Source of the DNA: Candidatus Fermentibacterota bacterium
Lineage (GTDB): Bacteria > Fermentibacterota > Fermentibacteria > Fermentibacterales > JCC-6
Direction: 5' to 3'
NCBI GenBank assembly: GCA_030592645.1
Contig: JAUVIR010000004.1
Span: 1,036 to 65,035, forward strand
Length of the DNA stretch: 64,000 bases
Shown here piece after piece: positions 19,533 to 29,195 of this stretch (positions are counted from its first letter, which is position 1; each line of letters begins with the position of its first letter). Below the pieces are notes generated by a model. It did not search any database. It saw only the letters and a program-made list of their open reading frames with translations, and had not been told where the DNA came from. The translations under genes were made by a program, and so were the position numbers.

Positions 19533-20555
19533 ATGCAGTACAGCCTCCCTTCAGAACTGATCGCTCAGAAACCCCTTAGTGACAGAGCAGGCAGCAGACT
19601 TCTGGCGGTTGATATCAGTCAGGGCAGCTTAGAAGACACAATTTTCAGCAGCCTCCCCTCTTTCCTTGTCCCCGGTGATCTTCTGGTTCTGAATAATACA
19701 AGAGTTTTCAAAGCCAGGCTGAATGGAAGAAAGGCCGGGACAGGTGGGAAGGCGGAAATCTTTCTTCTGAAAAAACTGGAAGGAAACACCTGGAAAGCAC
19801 TTGTCCGCCCGGGCAGGGCCGCGAAACCGGGGATGCGGCTGGAGTTCAGGAACGGCCTCTACTGCACTGTAGAGAAGCGTTTAGAGCACGGAAGAACTAT
19901 TATCAGGTTCAACTCCGGACGGGACACTGAACAGAAGCTGCGGGAAATAGCACAGGTTCCGCTGCCTCCCTACATTAAACGGGACCCGGAGAAGCTGGAT
20001 GATTCGAGATATCAAACCGTCTATGCATCGGAAACAGGAGCGGTAGCAGCACCTACTGCAGGGCTCCATTTCACACCGGATCTTCTTACCAGCCTTCAGA
20101 GTGCAGGCGTAAACAATGTCCATGTGACTCTGCATGTAGGACCAGGCACTTTTCAGCCGCTCCGCCGGGAGACCCTGGAAGAGAATCGCCTTGATCCGGA
20201 GGAATATTTTATTTCCGCTGCAAGTCTCTCTGCAATAAGAAAGACCCGGCGTGCAGGCGGAAGAATAGTAGCCGTGGGAACAACTACAACCAGAGTTCTC
20301 GAGTCCATCGATTTAGAATCAGGCGAGTCATTATCAGGTGAGACTGAAATCTTTATATTCCCTCCGTACAGATTCAGGAATGTGGATGCTCTTATAACAA
20401 ATTTCCACCTCCCGGGAAGCTCTCTCTTGTGCCTTGTTGCAGCGTTCATGGGATATGAATTCATGATGGAGGCCTATCAGCATGCAATCGATGAATCCTA
20501 CCGATTCTACAGCTATGGAGATGCGATGCTGATCGAACAGGGGTCCGGGAAATGA
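19533..20555 (+). CDS. queA: S-adenosylmethionine:tRNA ribosyltransferase-isomerase
   Basis: 'LPSELIAQKPL...RLL', 'VFKARL' and a C-terminal 'GTTTTR'-type motif; the track start at 19473 overlaps the kinase, so the internal Met at 19533 is preferred. Confidence 0.85.
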   Translation: MQYSLPSELIAQKPLSDRAGSRLLAVDISQGSLEDTIFSSLPSFLVPGDLLVLNNTRVFKARLNGRKAGTGGKAEIFLLKKLEGNTWKALVRPGRAAKPGMRLEFRNGLYCTVEKRLEHGRTIIRFNSGRDTEQKLREIAQVPLPPYIKRDPEKLDDSRYQTVYASETGAVAAPTAGLHFTPDLLTSLQSAGVNNVHVTLHVGPGTFQPLRRETLEENRLDPEEYFISAASLSAIRKTRRAGGRIVAVGTTTTRVLESIDLESGESLSGETEIFIFPPYRFRNVDALITNFHLPGSSLLCLVAAFMGYEFMMEAYQHAIDESYRFYSYGDAMLIEQGSGK

Positions 20556-21856
20556 CTGTAACCGCCAGAAAATACGCTCTTCTTAACCGAATTTCACCCG
20601 GAATACGTCAGCTGGCGGGACTGTACCTTCTCGAACTCGCCGTAATCTTTTCCTGGACACTGCTTCTGGATACCGTCCTGAATCTGCTTTCGGGAAATTG
20701 GTTTACTTTGCTGCCGGTCAGTTACTTTCTTGCTGTGACCATGCTGGCATGGCTGGAACACTCCCGGACAGGAGTAAGGGGACAGTGCCCCCTTGAGGCA
20801 GTCGGTCTTGCCGAGATCAGCCTGAACGGCTCAAGACCTACAGAGTGGCAGACTTTGAGAAGGCTTCTTTTCACCCCTCCGCTTCTGTTCATTTTCTGTA
20901 TTGGTCTGATACCGGTACCTCGAACAGGTAAGACGATTCTACAGATGATCTCAGGCTCAATGATAGTACCCCTGGATATCGATATGGACCCCCGGCCCGA
21001 TAATGAGATATTCAGGTGCAGAAGAAAAGCTCTGATGAAAGTAATATCCTACTCCATGGTTTCCCTGATGGTTGCAGCTGTTATGATCCTTGTACCTCCG
21101 GAACTCTCAAGAGGTGAAACCGCGGAACGGGTCACTTCTCTTCACAGCCTGCCTGAGGAAGACAGAGAGCTTCTTGCCACGTATCTTGAAATGAGAGCGA
21201 TATATCCAGACAGTCTCGAATTCCGTGTAAGGCTGGCAAGCCTCTACTACAGAAATAATATGGAAGAGGATTTGCTGCTTGAGCTGCAGCAGATAAGAAG
21301 ACTTGATCCGGATCATTCCATTCTTCTGCTTGAGCAGGACATCTCGGTCACAATGGAGGATCTCATGATCGTGCGTGATACCACTTTCTCTGATTCCATG
21401 CAGGTCACAGTTCCCGAAGAGCCAGAGCCCCCTGCCGAGGATACCGCAGCGCAGGACACAGTCGCTCTTCTGCCTGATTCGGTATCACTCGACCTCAGGC
21501 CGGTATCTTCCGATTCTATTACATTGCCTGTGGATTCCATGCAGGCGATCGATTCAACGGGGATAGAGAGCCCGTTCGAGCAGGATTCCCTGATCCTGCC
21601 GACTACCACGGACAGTTTGCCCGAAACGGAAATTCTCGAAAGCATCGTTCCTGAAGACACATCCGCTGTTGCAGGCCCGGACAGCACGGAATCAGCAGGA
21701 GATGTGGAATACGGTGAACCTCCTGAAGCAATAGAAGAAACACTTCCTGAAGAAACACTTCCAGATGAAACGCTTCCAGATGAAACGCTTCCAGATGAAA
21801 CGCTTCCCCCGGAAACACTCCCTCCTGATCCACAGCCTGAATCTGAAGGGACTTAA
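20552..21856 (+). CDS. membrane protein with central TPR-like region and acidic C-terminal (ETLPD)n tail, function unknown
   Basis: Start codon overlaps the queA stop (ATGA); about 5 TM helices at the N-terminus; C-terminal Asp/Glu/Pro/Thr-rich low-complexity tail. Confidence 0.55.
   Translation: MTVTARKYALLNRISPGIRQLAGLYLLELAVIFSWTLLLDTVLNLLSGNWFTLLPVSYFLAVTMLAWLEHSRTGVRGQCPLEAVGLAEISLNGSRPTEWQTLRRLLFTPPLLFIFCIGLIPVPRTGKTILQMISGSMIVPLDIDMDPRPDNEIFRCRRKALMKVISYSMVSLMVAAVMILVPPELSRGETAERVTSLHSLPEEDRELLATYLEMRAIYPDSLEFRVRLASLYYRNNMEEDLLLELQQIRRLDPDHSILLLEQDISVTMEDLMIVRDTTFSDSMQVTVPEEPEPPAEDTAAQDTVALLPDSVSLDLRPVSSDSITLPVDSMQAIDSTGIESPFEQDSLILPTTTDSLPETEILESIVPEDTSAVAGPDSTESAGDVEYGEPPEAIEETLPEETLPDETLPDETLPDETLPPETLPPDPQPESEGT
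21734..21830 (+). repeat. 15-bp tandem repeat (gaaacgcttccagat-like, ~6 units) encoding (E-T-L-P-D/E)n
   Basis: Direct reading of 'gaagaaacacttcctgaagaaacacttccagatgaaacgcttccagatgaaacgcttccagatgaaacgcttccc'. Confidence 0.8.
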
Positions 21857-21910
21857 CCTATTCCTTCCTTCAATCTCCTCGGAAAGTCAGGGAAAGCCCG
21901 AAGAGGATTA

Positions 21911-22978
21911 TTGAGTCTTGCCCACGGAGTGGTTGAGACCCCTGTATTCATGCCGGTGGGCACCCAGGCAAGCGTGAAAACCGTAAGGAATTCCGACCTT
22001 CTCGAGGATAACTGGCAGATAATTCTCAGCAATACCTACCATCTCTACCTCAGACCGGGCGCTGCGGTAATCGCTGAAGCCGGCGGTCTTCACAAATTCA
22101 TGTCATGGGACGGAAATATCCTCACCGACAGCGGGGGATTCCAGCTGTTCAGCCTGTCAAAACTGAGAAAACGTTCCGAAGAGGGGTACCATTTCCAGTC
22201 GCATATCGATGGTTCAAGTCATCTTCTTACTCCGGAGAAGGTCATAGAACTCCAGACAGTATTCGGAAGCGATATAATGATGGTTCTTGATGAGTGTCTG
22301 GAGCAGCCCAGCGATCGTGAACGGACGGAAGAATCTCTGGGTATTACCCTCAGATGGGCAGAGCGGGCCAGGAGAATGCATACCGGTGGCTCACAGGCTC
22401 TATTCGGTATCGTACAGGGCGGAGCGTACCCCGATCTCAGAAGAAAGTCCGCAGAGGTTCTAGCCGGAATGGAATTCGACGGGTACGCCATAGGAGGAGT
22501 GTCCGTTGGCGAGCCTCGAAACCTGATGATGAGGGCGGTCAGATCCTGTATTGACTATCTCCCGGAGAACAGACCAAGATACCTGATGGGAGTTGGGAAA
22601 CCGGAGGATCTCGTCGATTTTGTCGCTCTCGGCGTGGATATGTTCGACTGTGTTGTCCCCACCCGCAATGCCAGGGGCGGAGCCTTCTTCGTTCCGGGGG
22701 GTCATATCAACATACGGAACGCCCGTTTCAGAAATGATGCTGCTCCGGTCCAGCCGGGATGCCGCTGCTACGCCTGCAGCACCTATTCCAGGTCCTACAT
22801 CAGGCATCTTTTCAATGCGAAGGAATGGCTCGCGCCCATTCTGGCGACACTGCACAATCTCCACTATTTCTCCGTGCTCATGGGGAAGATAAGGATGGCA
22901 GTCGAGGAACGCCGCTTCACCACCTTTCGCAGGGAATGGCACAGGAGACGGCGGAGTTTCGATCCGGGAAATTTCTGA
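21911..22978 (+). CDS. tgt: queuine tRNA-ribosyltransferase
   Basis: 'TPVFMPVGTQASVK', 'DGYAIGGVSVGE' and a C-terminal zinc site 'CxCxxC...H' ('CRCYACSTYSRSYIRH'); TTG start. Confidence 0.85.
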   Translation: MSLAHGVVETPVFMPVGTQASVKTVRNSDLLEDNWQIILSNTYHLYLRPGAAVIAEAGGLHKFMSWDGNILTDSGGFQLFSLSKLRKRSEEGYHFQSHIDGSSHLLTPEKVIELQTVFGSDIMMVLDECLEQPSDRERTEESLGITLRWAERARRMHTGGSQALFGIVQGGAYPDLRRKSAEVLAGMEFDGYAIGGVSVGEPRNLMMRAVRSCIDYLPENRPRYLMGVGKPEDLVDFVALGVDMFDCVVPTRNARGGAFFVPGGHINIRNARFRNDAAPVQPGCRCYACSTYSRSYIRHLFNAKEWLAPILATLHNLHYFSVLMGKIRMAVEERRFTTFRREWHRRRRSFDPGNF

Positions 22979-24231
22979 TGAACACCTCGAGCGAAGAAAT
23001 CACCGCTACGATAACTGCACTTGGCAACAGGGTAGGGGGAATTTCAGCAAGCCCGGGCCGCAGGACCGTGTTCGTCCGTGGAGCACTCCCGGGAGAAACA
23101 GTCAGATGCAGACCGAACAGGATCAGGAAGAACATTATAGAAGCGGAGCTGCTGGAGATCCTTGAGAGATCAACCTATAGAAGCGACCCTTTCTGCAGCT
23201 GTTTCGGTGAGTGCGGGGGCTGTTCCCTTCAGAACCTGACCTATTCAAGACAGCTCTTCTGGAAGCGGAACTGGGTAGAGAAGGCACTTGCGAGAGCCTC
23301 TATAGAATACCCTGTTGAATTCATGAAAGATGTGATACCATCACCGGAGAAGGCGGGCTACAGGAACCGTGTTTCCTTTGATATTCTGAACGGGAAACCG
23401 GGACTTCACCGCCTCGGGGGAGACATCATGAATGTCGATGGCTGCCCACTGCTCAACGTTCGAGGACAGAAGGCATTTGAAACACTTGCCGGGAAGCAGC
23501 TTGACGGCAATAGAAGGGTATCTGTAAGAGCATCCGGACGAACCGGGGAAGCGATGCTCGAGTTTTCATCCTCACCGCCTGCCCGAATAACAGGCGACCG
23601 TGATTCAGACATTATCGCATGGAAAGAGAGGGACAGCTGGAAGGTCTCTCCGGAAGGGTCGCTGTTCCACGAAACAGCCGGCGGCTTTACCTACCCGGTA
23701 AGACCTGGAACGTTCTTCCAGGTGAATACCGATTGCGCTGACATTATCATCTCCATTGTGACAGGTCTATGCTGCGGAGGCGGGAAAATTCTGGATCTTT
23801 ACGGAGGCTGCGGAACGCTCAGCCTGCCTCTGGCCTCAAAGGGCGCGAAAGTAACCTCCGTCGAGCTTGATCCTGATTCAACCCTGTCCGGAATTGAAGC
23901 TGCCGGACGTTCAGGAACGGAAGGGATTGATTTTGTAACCTGCAGAACGAGGCATTTCCTTCTGGATACTGTACGGGAGAAAGAGATATGGGACACTGTT
24001 ATCGTCGATCCCCCGCGGGCAGGACTGGGTATCAGGGTAGCGCGGCTTCTGAGAAGGGTCAGATCGGAGAGAATCGTTTATGTAAGCTGCAACCCATTCT
24101 CACTCGCTCGGGACCTCAGAGTTATTTGTGAACGCAACTGGGCTGTTGCGGGTTTGCAGCCTGTTGATATGTTTCCACAGACGGATCATCTGGAGACGGT
24201 TGTGATCCTCCGGAGGAAGGAAGATAAATGA
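22978..24231 (+). CDS. TRAM-domain 23S rRNA (uracil-C5)-methyltransferase (RlmD/RumA family)
   Basis: N-terminal TRAM-like region, 4Fe-4S cysteines 'CSCFGECGGCSLQ', and SAM-MTase motifs 'ILDLYGGCGTLS' and 'DPPRAG'. Its ATG overlaps the tgt TGA by 1 nt (TGATG). Confidence 0.75.
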   Translation: MNTSSEEITATITALGNRVGGISASPGRRTVFVRGALPGETVRCRPNRIRKNIIEAELLEILERSTYRSDPFCSCFGECGGCSLQNLTYSRQLFWKRNWVEKALARASIEYPVEFMKDVIPSPEKAGYRNRVSFDILNGKPGLHRLGGDIMNVDGCPLLNVRGQKAFETLAGKQLDGNRRVSVRASGRTGEAMLEFSSSPPARITGDRDSDIIAWKERDSWKVSPEGSLFHETAGGFTYPVRPGTFFQVNTDCADIIISIVTGLCCGGGKILDLYGGCGTLSLPLASKGAKVTSVELDPDSTLSGIEAAGRSGTEGIDFVTCRTRHFLLDTVREKEIWDTVIVDPPRAGLGIRVARLLRRVRSERIVYVSCNPFSLARDLRVICERNWAVAGLQPVDMFPQTDHLETVVILRRKEDK

Positions 24232-25595
24232 CGGCAGCTGTATTGGCGGCGGTATTATTAACAGGAGCGGTTGCGCAGACGGGGCTGCCCTTTGCGGATC
24301 CCCTTAACTGGTGGCGCTACATACTGGAAATAGACTATGACGGCAGTTTGTCAACCGGCTCACTTGGAAGCGTTGAGAGATTCATTGAAAGCAGAAGCGG
24401 TTCTCCAATAGAATCCCTGCAGGAAAGCCCTGCAATCTCACTGACAGGAACGATTGCCGGGGAAGTGCTTGACAATTCCGACAATTTCGAAACCAGAACC
24501 GGGGCAACAGCCAGGCTTTTCGTCGATATCCTTCCCGGGCTGTATCTTGATGAGCAGCTCTCGATCTGGACAGGTTCAGATGAGAAACCGCCCGACTACT
24601 TCTCCCCCTTCCATCAGGGTCTGGAGCATGGAAGGCACCTCTATGTGGACTGGGGGTATCTCCGCTGGAACAGTGAGATCGTTTCGCTCAGTTTCGGAAG
24701 AACTCCGCAGAGATGGGGTCCGGGCAGGTACGCTCAACTGCTGATCTCGGACAACAGCCCCCCTCTTGATATGCTGGAAGTCAAGTTCAACCTCTGGAAC
24801 ACACTGCAGTTCACCGGACTCACATCCACGATAAACAGCGACTCGGGCACTTACCTGACCGCTCACAGGCTGGATATCTCCCCGAGGGAAAACCTTCGCA
24901 TAGGCATCTCCGAGTCAATTCTCTTCAAGACGGAAGGGCTGGACTTCGCGTATATGAATCCTGTCATTCCCTGGTACCCGGTGCAGTGGAACGAACGGCT
25001 GGATGACAACGCTTTCTTCAGCTTCGACGTATCATGGAAACCTTTCAGAGGCATTGAAACTTACGGTGAGCTCCTTATAGACGATATCCAGTACGAGAAC
25101 ACCGGCGACAGACCCAACAAGCTCGGCTGGACGGCGGGACTGTCCGCCTACATCAGGGAGCTTGATCTGGGAACCGTGATAGAGTACACCAGGATTGACA
25201 GATACGTTTACGGCCAGCGGAGACCATGCAATTTCTACCTTCATCATGGAGAGATAATCGGCGCGGGTCTTGGGCCTGACGCTGACAGGATAACGCTTTC
25301 CCTTGGAACATCGGCCGCCTGGCCGGTCCTGGGAGAGATTACTCTGGACCACACAAGACATGGAGAGGGAACGGTTACGGAAGGATGGCCGGACTCGGCT
25401 TCCACCGGAGGCACCTTCCCTTCAGGAACGATTGAATACACTACAGGGGCAGAGCTGCACCTGGGATGGTATCCTCTGGATTTTCTTGAAGTGCATGGAA
25501 ACGTCGGGAATTTATGGATGAGGAACGAAGGTCATGTTCCTGGAGAATCTTCTTCGGAATTCTCATCGTTCCTTGAAGTCATCTGGTCCTGGTAG
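24228..25595 (+). CDS. secreted/outer-membrane protein, possibly a beta-barrel, function unknown
   Basis: Signal peptide 'MTAAVLAAVLLTGAVAQ'; aromatic-rich alternating pattern; C-terminal '...VIWSW'; start overlaps the rlmD stop (ATGA). Confidence 0.45.
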   Translation: MTAAVLAAVLLTGAVAQTGLPFADPLNWWRYILEIDYDGSLSTGSLGSVERFIESRSGSPIESLQESPAISLTGTIAGEVLDNSDNFETRTGATARLFVDILPGLYLDEQLSIWTGSDEKPPDYFSPFHQGLEHGRHLYVDWGYLRWNSEIVSLSFGRTPQRWGPGRYAQLLISDNSPPLDMLEVKFNLWNTLQFTGLTSTINSDSGTYLTAHRLDISPRENLRIGISESILFKTEGLDFAYMNPVIPWYPVQWNERLDDNAFFSFDVSWKPFRGIETYGELLIDDIQYENTGDRPNKLGWTAGLSAYIRELDLGTVIEYTRIDRYVYGQRRPCNFYLHHGEIIGAGLGPDADRITLSLGTSAAWPVLGEITLDHTRHGEGTVTEGWPDSASTGGTFPSGTIEYTTGAELHLGWYPLDFLEVHGNVGNLWMRNEGHVPGESSSEFSSFLEVIWSW

Positions 25596-25675
25596 GGGGA
25601 CGCTGGTAGGGGGACGTACCACACTTCTTCAACTTATGGGTTATTTAGCATATACTAATAGAGCAATAAATTGAT

Positions 25676-26212
25676 TTATGGCAGTGGATTGCCGTATATT
25701 CCCGGCGAACTGCCTTCGATGATCCTGGCATCGCAGATTCTCTGAAAGAATTCAATGGGACCCGCATCACCTATGACGGCGTAGCCGTAACCAGCTTCTC
25801 TCATGCTGTGCAGCGCTGCTATCACAACTGCCTGCCCAACACCTTTTCCGCGAAAGTTATCATGAACGCCTATGGGTCCTAGAAACCCCTTTGCGGTACA
25901 GTCCCAGCAGCAGAAACCGGCAAACCTGCCGGATTCCCTCTCCACTGCAACTGTTATTTTAGGCGGCAGGGAACCGAACGAGACAGAGGCTTCCGCCTTC
26001 CAGGCCACGCTGAAGTTATCACCGATGAACGAAAGCACAGAGGGTGACTGGTGAGGGAGCGGTTTTCCCACCCACAAACCTTCCTGTTCACGGGCAACAG
26101 GAAGATCGTAAAGCGGAACCAGGAGATCAGGCAAGTCAGCCGGCTCCCCCGGAAAGCAGTATCTCTCTGAGGAACAGGATACTGTCATTTCCGGTAATCG
26201 TTGATACAACAC
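25676..26212 (-). CDS. GNAT-family N-acetyltransferase
   Basis: Acetyl-CoA-binding motif 'FRGKGVGQAVVIAAL'. Confidence 0.6.
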   Translation of the reverse strand: MLYQRLPEMTVSCSSERYCFPGEPADLPDLLVPLYDLPVAREQEGLWVGKPLPHQSPSVLSFIGDNFSVAWKAEASVSFGSLPPKITVAVERESGRFAGFCCWDCTAKGFLGPIGVHDNFRGKGVGQAVVIAALHSMREAGYGYAVIGDAGPIEFFQRICDARIIEGSSPGIYGNPLP

Positions 26213-27302
26213 TGAGAATCACCCATAGAGTTAGAAGAACCATAACGATAGCTTTGCAGGCATCCTGACCCTTCAGGGCACCTATCTGCTTGGGTTCCCG
26301 CCCGAGGTAGGCGCTTGCGGCGTACAGTTCCTCTCCAATAAGAGTGTAATCACATGTTGTAATGAAGAAAGGAAGCTGGGTCACGGCATCGGTACCAGCG
26401 ATCTGGATGGCCCCGGAAAGTGAGCCTGTTTCGGCTAAAAGAAGCGACTCTGCCCAGAACATCCCGAGGTAGAAATTGGTCGCGGGTTTTTCCCTCATCA
26501 TTATGCCGTTGACTCCCGCAACAAAGGCGAACTGACTGGTGGTGAGGAAGAAGACCGAATCCGGATCGTACGCATCAGGACGTCCGGCTTCCAGGTAACC
26601 CTGCTTCACTGTTTCAGTGACCACTGTATATACTATCGGGTCGCAGTTCGGAACTATCAAGGATGTCTGGTATTCCGCTATTTTTCTGGCTACTCTGCCA
26701 AGTATGGTCAGGCTTGCAATGGTGGCAACATCCGCAATGGTTCCGAGACCGGGAACGTATAATATGGATTTACCCATTTCTGTTGCCCTTCCAATTGCCT
26801 CGTCGATGGCCTCTATACCGGCTATGGGTCTGAGATACATCTGCTGACCCCTCTGAGCTTTTCCGAAGTAATAGAATATCAGAAGGATGAAAAGCATACC
26901 GGCGACAAAAACGGAAATTTCGCTGGTATTGAAATATTCTCCCCTGGAAACCACCGGTGAAACGAAAACCTCTCCCATCAGTGTATCTCCAGATGCTGTT
27001 ACAGTGGCCGGCATGAACATGTATTCAACTTCCGGTTCAATAATGTAATCCGGGTCGTACCCATCCACTATGAACTCACCGATATCAGGTATCAGTTCAA
27101 TCAGAACGGGTTTCCAGCAGCTGTCAGGCTGGCTGACTTCCTTTCTGTAGATCAACAATGAAAAAAGATCGTCTGTACTTTCGGGCATAGCGAGGTAAAT
27201 ATGCAATCCGTCGCCGGCATCATTGGGTCTGTCCTGAACATCGGTTATTTCAATCGCAGGCTGAAGCAGAGCCAGAACAACCACTAATAGAGAAATTATC
27301 AT
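26136..27302 (-). CDS. uncharacterised bitopic membrane protein, paralog B of 31500-32759
   Basis: About 85% identical to the 419-aa protein over the C-terminal ~280 aa ('YFGKAQRGQQMYLRPIAGIEAIDEAIGRATEMGK...'). Signal peptide, exo-domain, TM, conserved internal domain and a C-terminal TM. Confidence 0.6.
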   Translation of the reverse strand: MIISLLVVVLALLQPAIEITDVQDRPNDAGDGLHIYLAMPESTDDLFSLLIYRKEVSQPDSCWKPVLIELIPDIGEFIVDGYDPDYIIEPEVEYMFMPATVTASGDTLMGEVFVSPVVSRGEYFNTSEISVFVAGMLFILLIFYYFGKAQRGQQMYLRPIAGIEAIDEAIGRATEMGKSILYVPGLGTIADVATIASLTILGRVARKIAEYQTSLIVPNCDPIVYTVVTETVKQGYLEAGRPDAYDPDSVFFLTTSQFAFVAGVNGIMMREKPATNFYLGMFWAESLLLAETGSLSGAIQIAGTDAVTQLPFFITTCDYTLIGEELYAASAYLGREPKQIGALKGQDACKAIVMVLLTLWVILSVVSTITGNDSILFLREILLSGGAG

Positions 27303-27383
27303 GCTGCAGTTTCTCCTTCATTCGTAAAAAGACAGTATTTCCATGCCGTATTATGCCGACGAATAGACAGGAAAGGAAGATTG

Positions 27384-27830
27384 TCATTCCTCCAGGCGGG
27401 TACCCATGTATTTGTCTCCAATCAGCACCTTGCTCATTACCGCTATATCGCTGCGCCTGTGCCAGCCTGTCTTCTCGTAGAACTCGATTGCAGTGTTGTC
27501 CGTGTATATGAAGAGGTGAGCTTTCTCTATCCCGGCAGCCCGTAAGGCGTTTTCGGCTGCATCCATGAGCTTCCCGCCGGTTCCCTTCCCCTGCTGCGAT
27601 TCATCCACCGCCAGATGGTAGATATACCCTCTTCTTCTGTCGCTGCCGGCCATAACAGATCCAACAAGACGATCACTTTCAAATGCTGAAAAACAGTAAT
27701 CAGCATTCATGCCCAGAAATTTCTCGAAATCCTCTGAACAGTCAGCACCGGTCATGGTGTTACCGGCAAAACCGCTCCATAAGGCCAGAAGTTCCTTATA
27801 GTCGTTCTTTTTCATTGTGACTATATCCAT
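27384..27830 (-). CDS. GNAT-family N-acetyltransferase
   Basis: 'QQGKGTGGKLMDAAE' acetyl-CoA-binding motif; 148 aa. Confidence 0.7.
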   Translation of the reverse strand: MDIVTMKKNDYKELLALWSGFAGNTMTGADCSEDFEKFLGMNADYCFSAFESDRLVGSVMAGSDRRRGYIYHLAVDESQQGKGTGGKLMDAAENALRAAGIEKAHLFIYTDNTAIEFYEKTGWHRRSDIAVMSKVLIGDKYMGTRLEE

Positions 27831-28922
27831 TCAGTGTGCCTTCTTGAGGAGACTTTCGTAAAGTTCGAGATATTTATCTGTTGTGATTTCAATACTGAAA
27901 GTACCGGCACGTTTCACGGCACTGGATCCCATTCTCCAGGACAGCATTTCATTTTCAAGCAGGCAGTGCAGAGCTTCTGACATTTCGGAGGGGGAAGCGG
28001 GATCAACGAGAATGCCGCAATGCTGATCCCTTCCTACTACATCACCTATTCCGGGGAGCCTCGAGGCAACGACGGGCAGACCTGAAGCCATAGCCTCGAC
28101 CGCAGCTATCCCGAAACCCTCCCTTGCAGAAGGCATGAAAAATACATCGGCCTGTTTCATCAGGGAGGATACATCACTAACTTCTCCAAGGAATCTGACA
28201 CTATCAGAAACGCCGAGTTCGATGGCATGGTTTTTCAGCATTGTCTCCTGCTTACCGCTGCCGGCAATTAAGTACTGCAGATCAAAATTACTTCTGGTGT
28301 ACAGAAGAGAGAAGGCTTCAATTGCAGTGTGATAATTCTTTGCTTCCGTCAGCCTTCCGACTGAAAGGATGGTTTTCCGGTCTGTGTACTGCGGGGAAGG
28401 TTTCCCGCTGAACTCATTCAGATCAATTCCATTGAAAATCACTTCCAGTTTACCTGATACTTCCGGAATCCAGCATGCAAGTTCGGAAGCAGCTGCGCTG
28501 CTTACACAGATGATCCCGCTGAATTGCCTATAGAACCAGCGATCTAAAAGTCTGCCGAATAGCGTTCCTCTTCTCCTGTTGGCCGTACTGTGCTCCGTCG
28601 TTACCAATTGAGCACCGATGGGCATGAATTCCCCGAACAATCCTGTCAGAAGCTGGGCTGGAAAAAGATGGGCATGAATGATATCAGCCCTGCCCGGATC
28701 AAGTTCATCTTTGAGGTCGAATAATGAGGGAAGGACGAAAGGATTGTATGGCGTGGCATAGCCAAGTGAAAACACTCCCTTGTCCGTCCATCCTCTTTCT
28801 TCCCCTGCAAGGGAAACAAGAATGCTGTCATGATCCCGCTCAAGGTATCGCTGATGGAGACCCAGGGCGAGTTTTTCGGCTCCGCCCATCTGCAGATTAT
28901 TGATTATCTGAAATATCCTCAA
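27831..28922 (-). CDS. GT4-family glycosyltransferase (group 1)
   Basis: GT-B fold with C-terminal 'EGFGIAAVEAMASGLPVVAS' motif. Confidence 0.8.
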   Translation of the reverse strand: MRIFQIINNLQMGGAEKLALGLHQRYLERDHDSILVSLAGEERGWTDKGVFSLGYATPYNPFVLPSLFDLKDELDPGRADIIHAHLFPAQLLTGLFGEFMPIGAQLVTTEHSTANRRRGTLFGRLLDRWFYRQFSGIICVSSAAASELACWIPEVSGKLEVIFNGIDLNEFSGKPSPQYTDRKTILSVGRLTEAKNYHTAIEAFSLLYTRSNFDLQYLIAGSGKQETMLKNHAIELGVSDSVRFLGEVSDVSSLMKQADVFFMPSAREGFGIAAVEAMASGLPVVASRLPGIGDVVGRDQHCGILVDPASPSEMSEALHCLLENEMLSWRMGSSAVKRAGTFSIEITTDKYLELYESLLKKAH

Positions 28923-29035
28923 ACGGTTTCCCCCCCCAGAATCCAGAATGGATCAAATCGATACTGAACAGTTCATATATAAATCTATATCAGGCTGCAT
29001 GGAATGGGAAGTTCGGAAGATCTGAAAACGAAATG

Positions 29036-29111
<76 letters not shown>

Positions 29112-29160
29112 CGGAAGAGCCAATTTACGAAAACAGATTCAAAAGGTCAAGCTGTAAGAA

Positions 29161-29184
29161 GGGGCGGGTTTTTCAACCCGCCCC
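29161..29184 (-). terminator. GC-rich hairpin (10-bp stem GGGGCGGGTT/AACCCGCCCC, 4-nt loop), putative terminator of the membrane-protein operon
   Basis: Perfect inverted repeat 11 nt downstream of the stop of the 29196-29825 gene; the flanking U-tract is weak. Confidence 0.45.
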
Positions 29185-29195
29185 CGTCTTCTGCG

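Noticed and set aside
21603-21833. 76-aa minus-strand ORF with 'EAFHLEAFHLEAFHLE' repeats
   Set aside because: It is the antisense reading of the (ETLPD)n tandem repeat, so its repetitiveness is an artefact of that repeat.
25596-25625. Tandem duplication 'CTGGTAGGGGGACG' x2 just after the stop of 24228-25595
   Set aside because: It is a two-unit, 14-bp duplication in an intergenic spacer, too small to call a repeat element. I mention it only as a possible replication-slippage scar.
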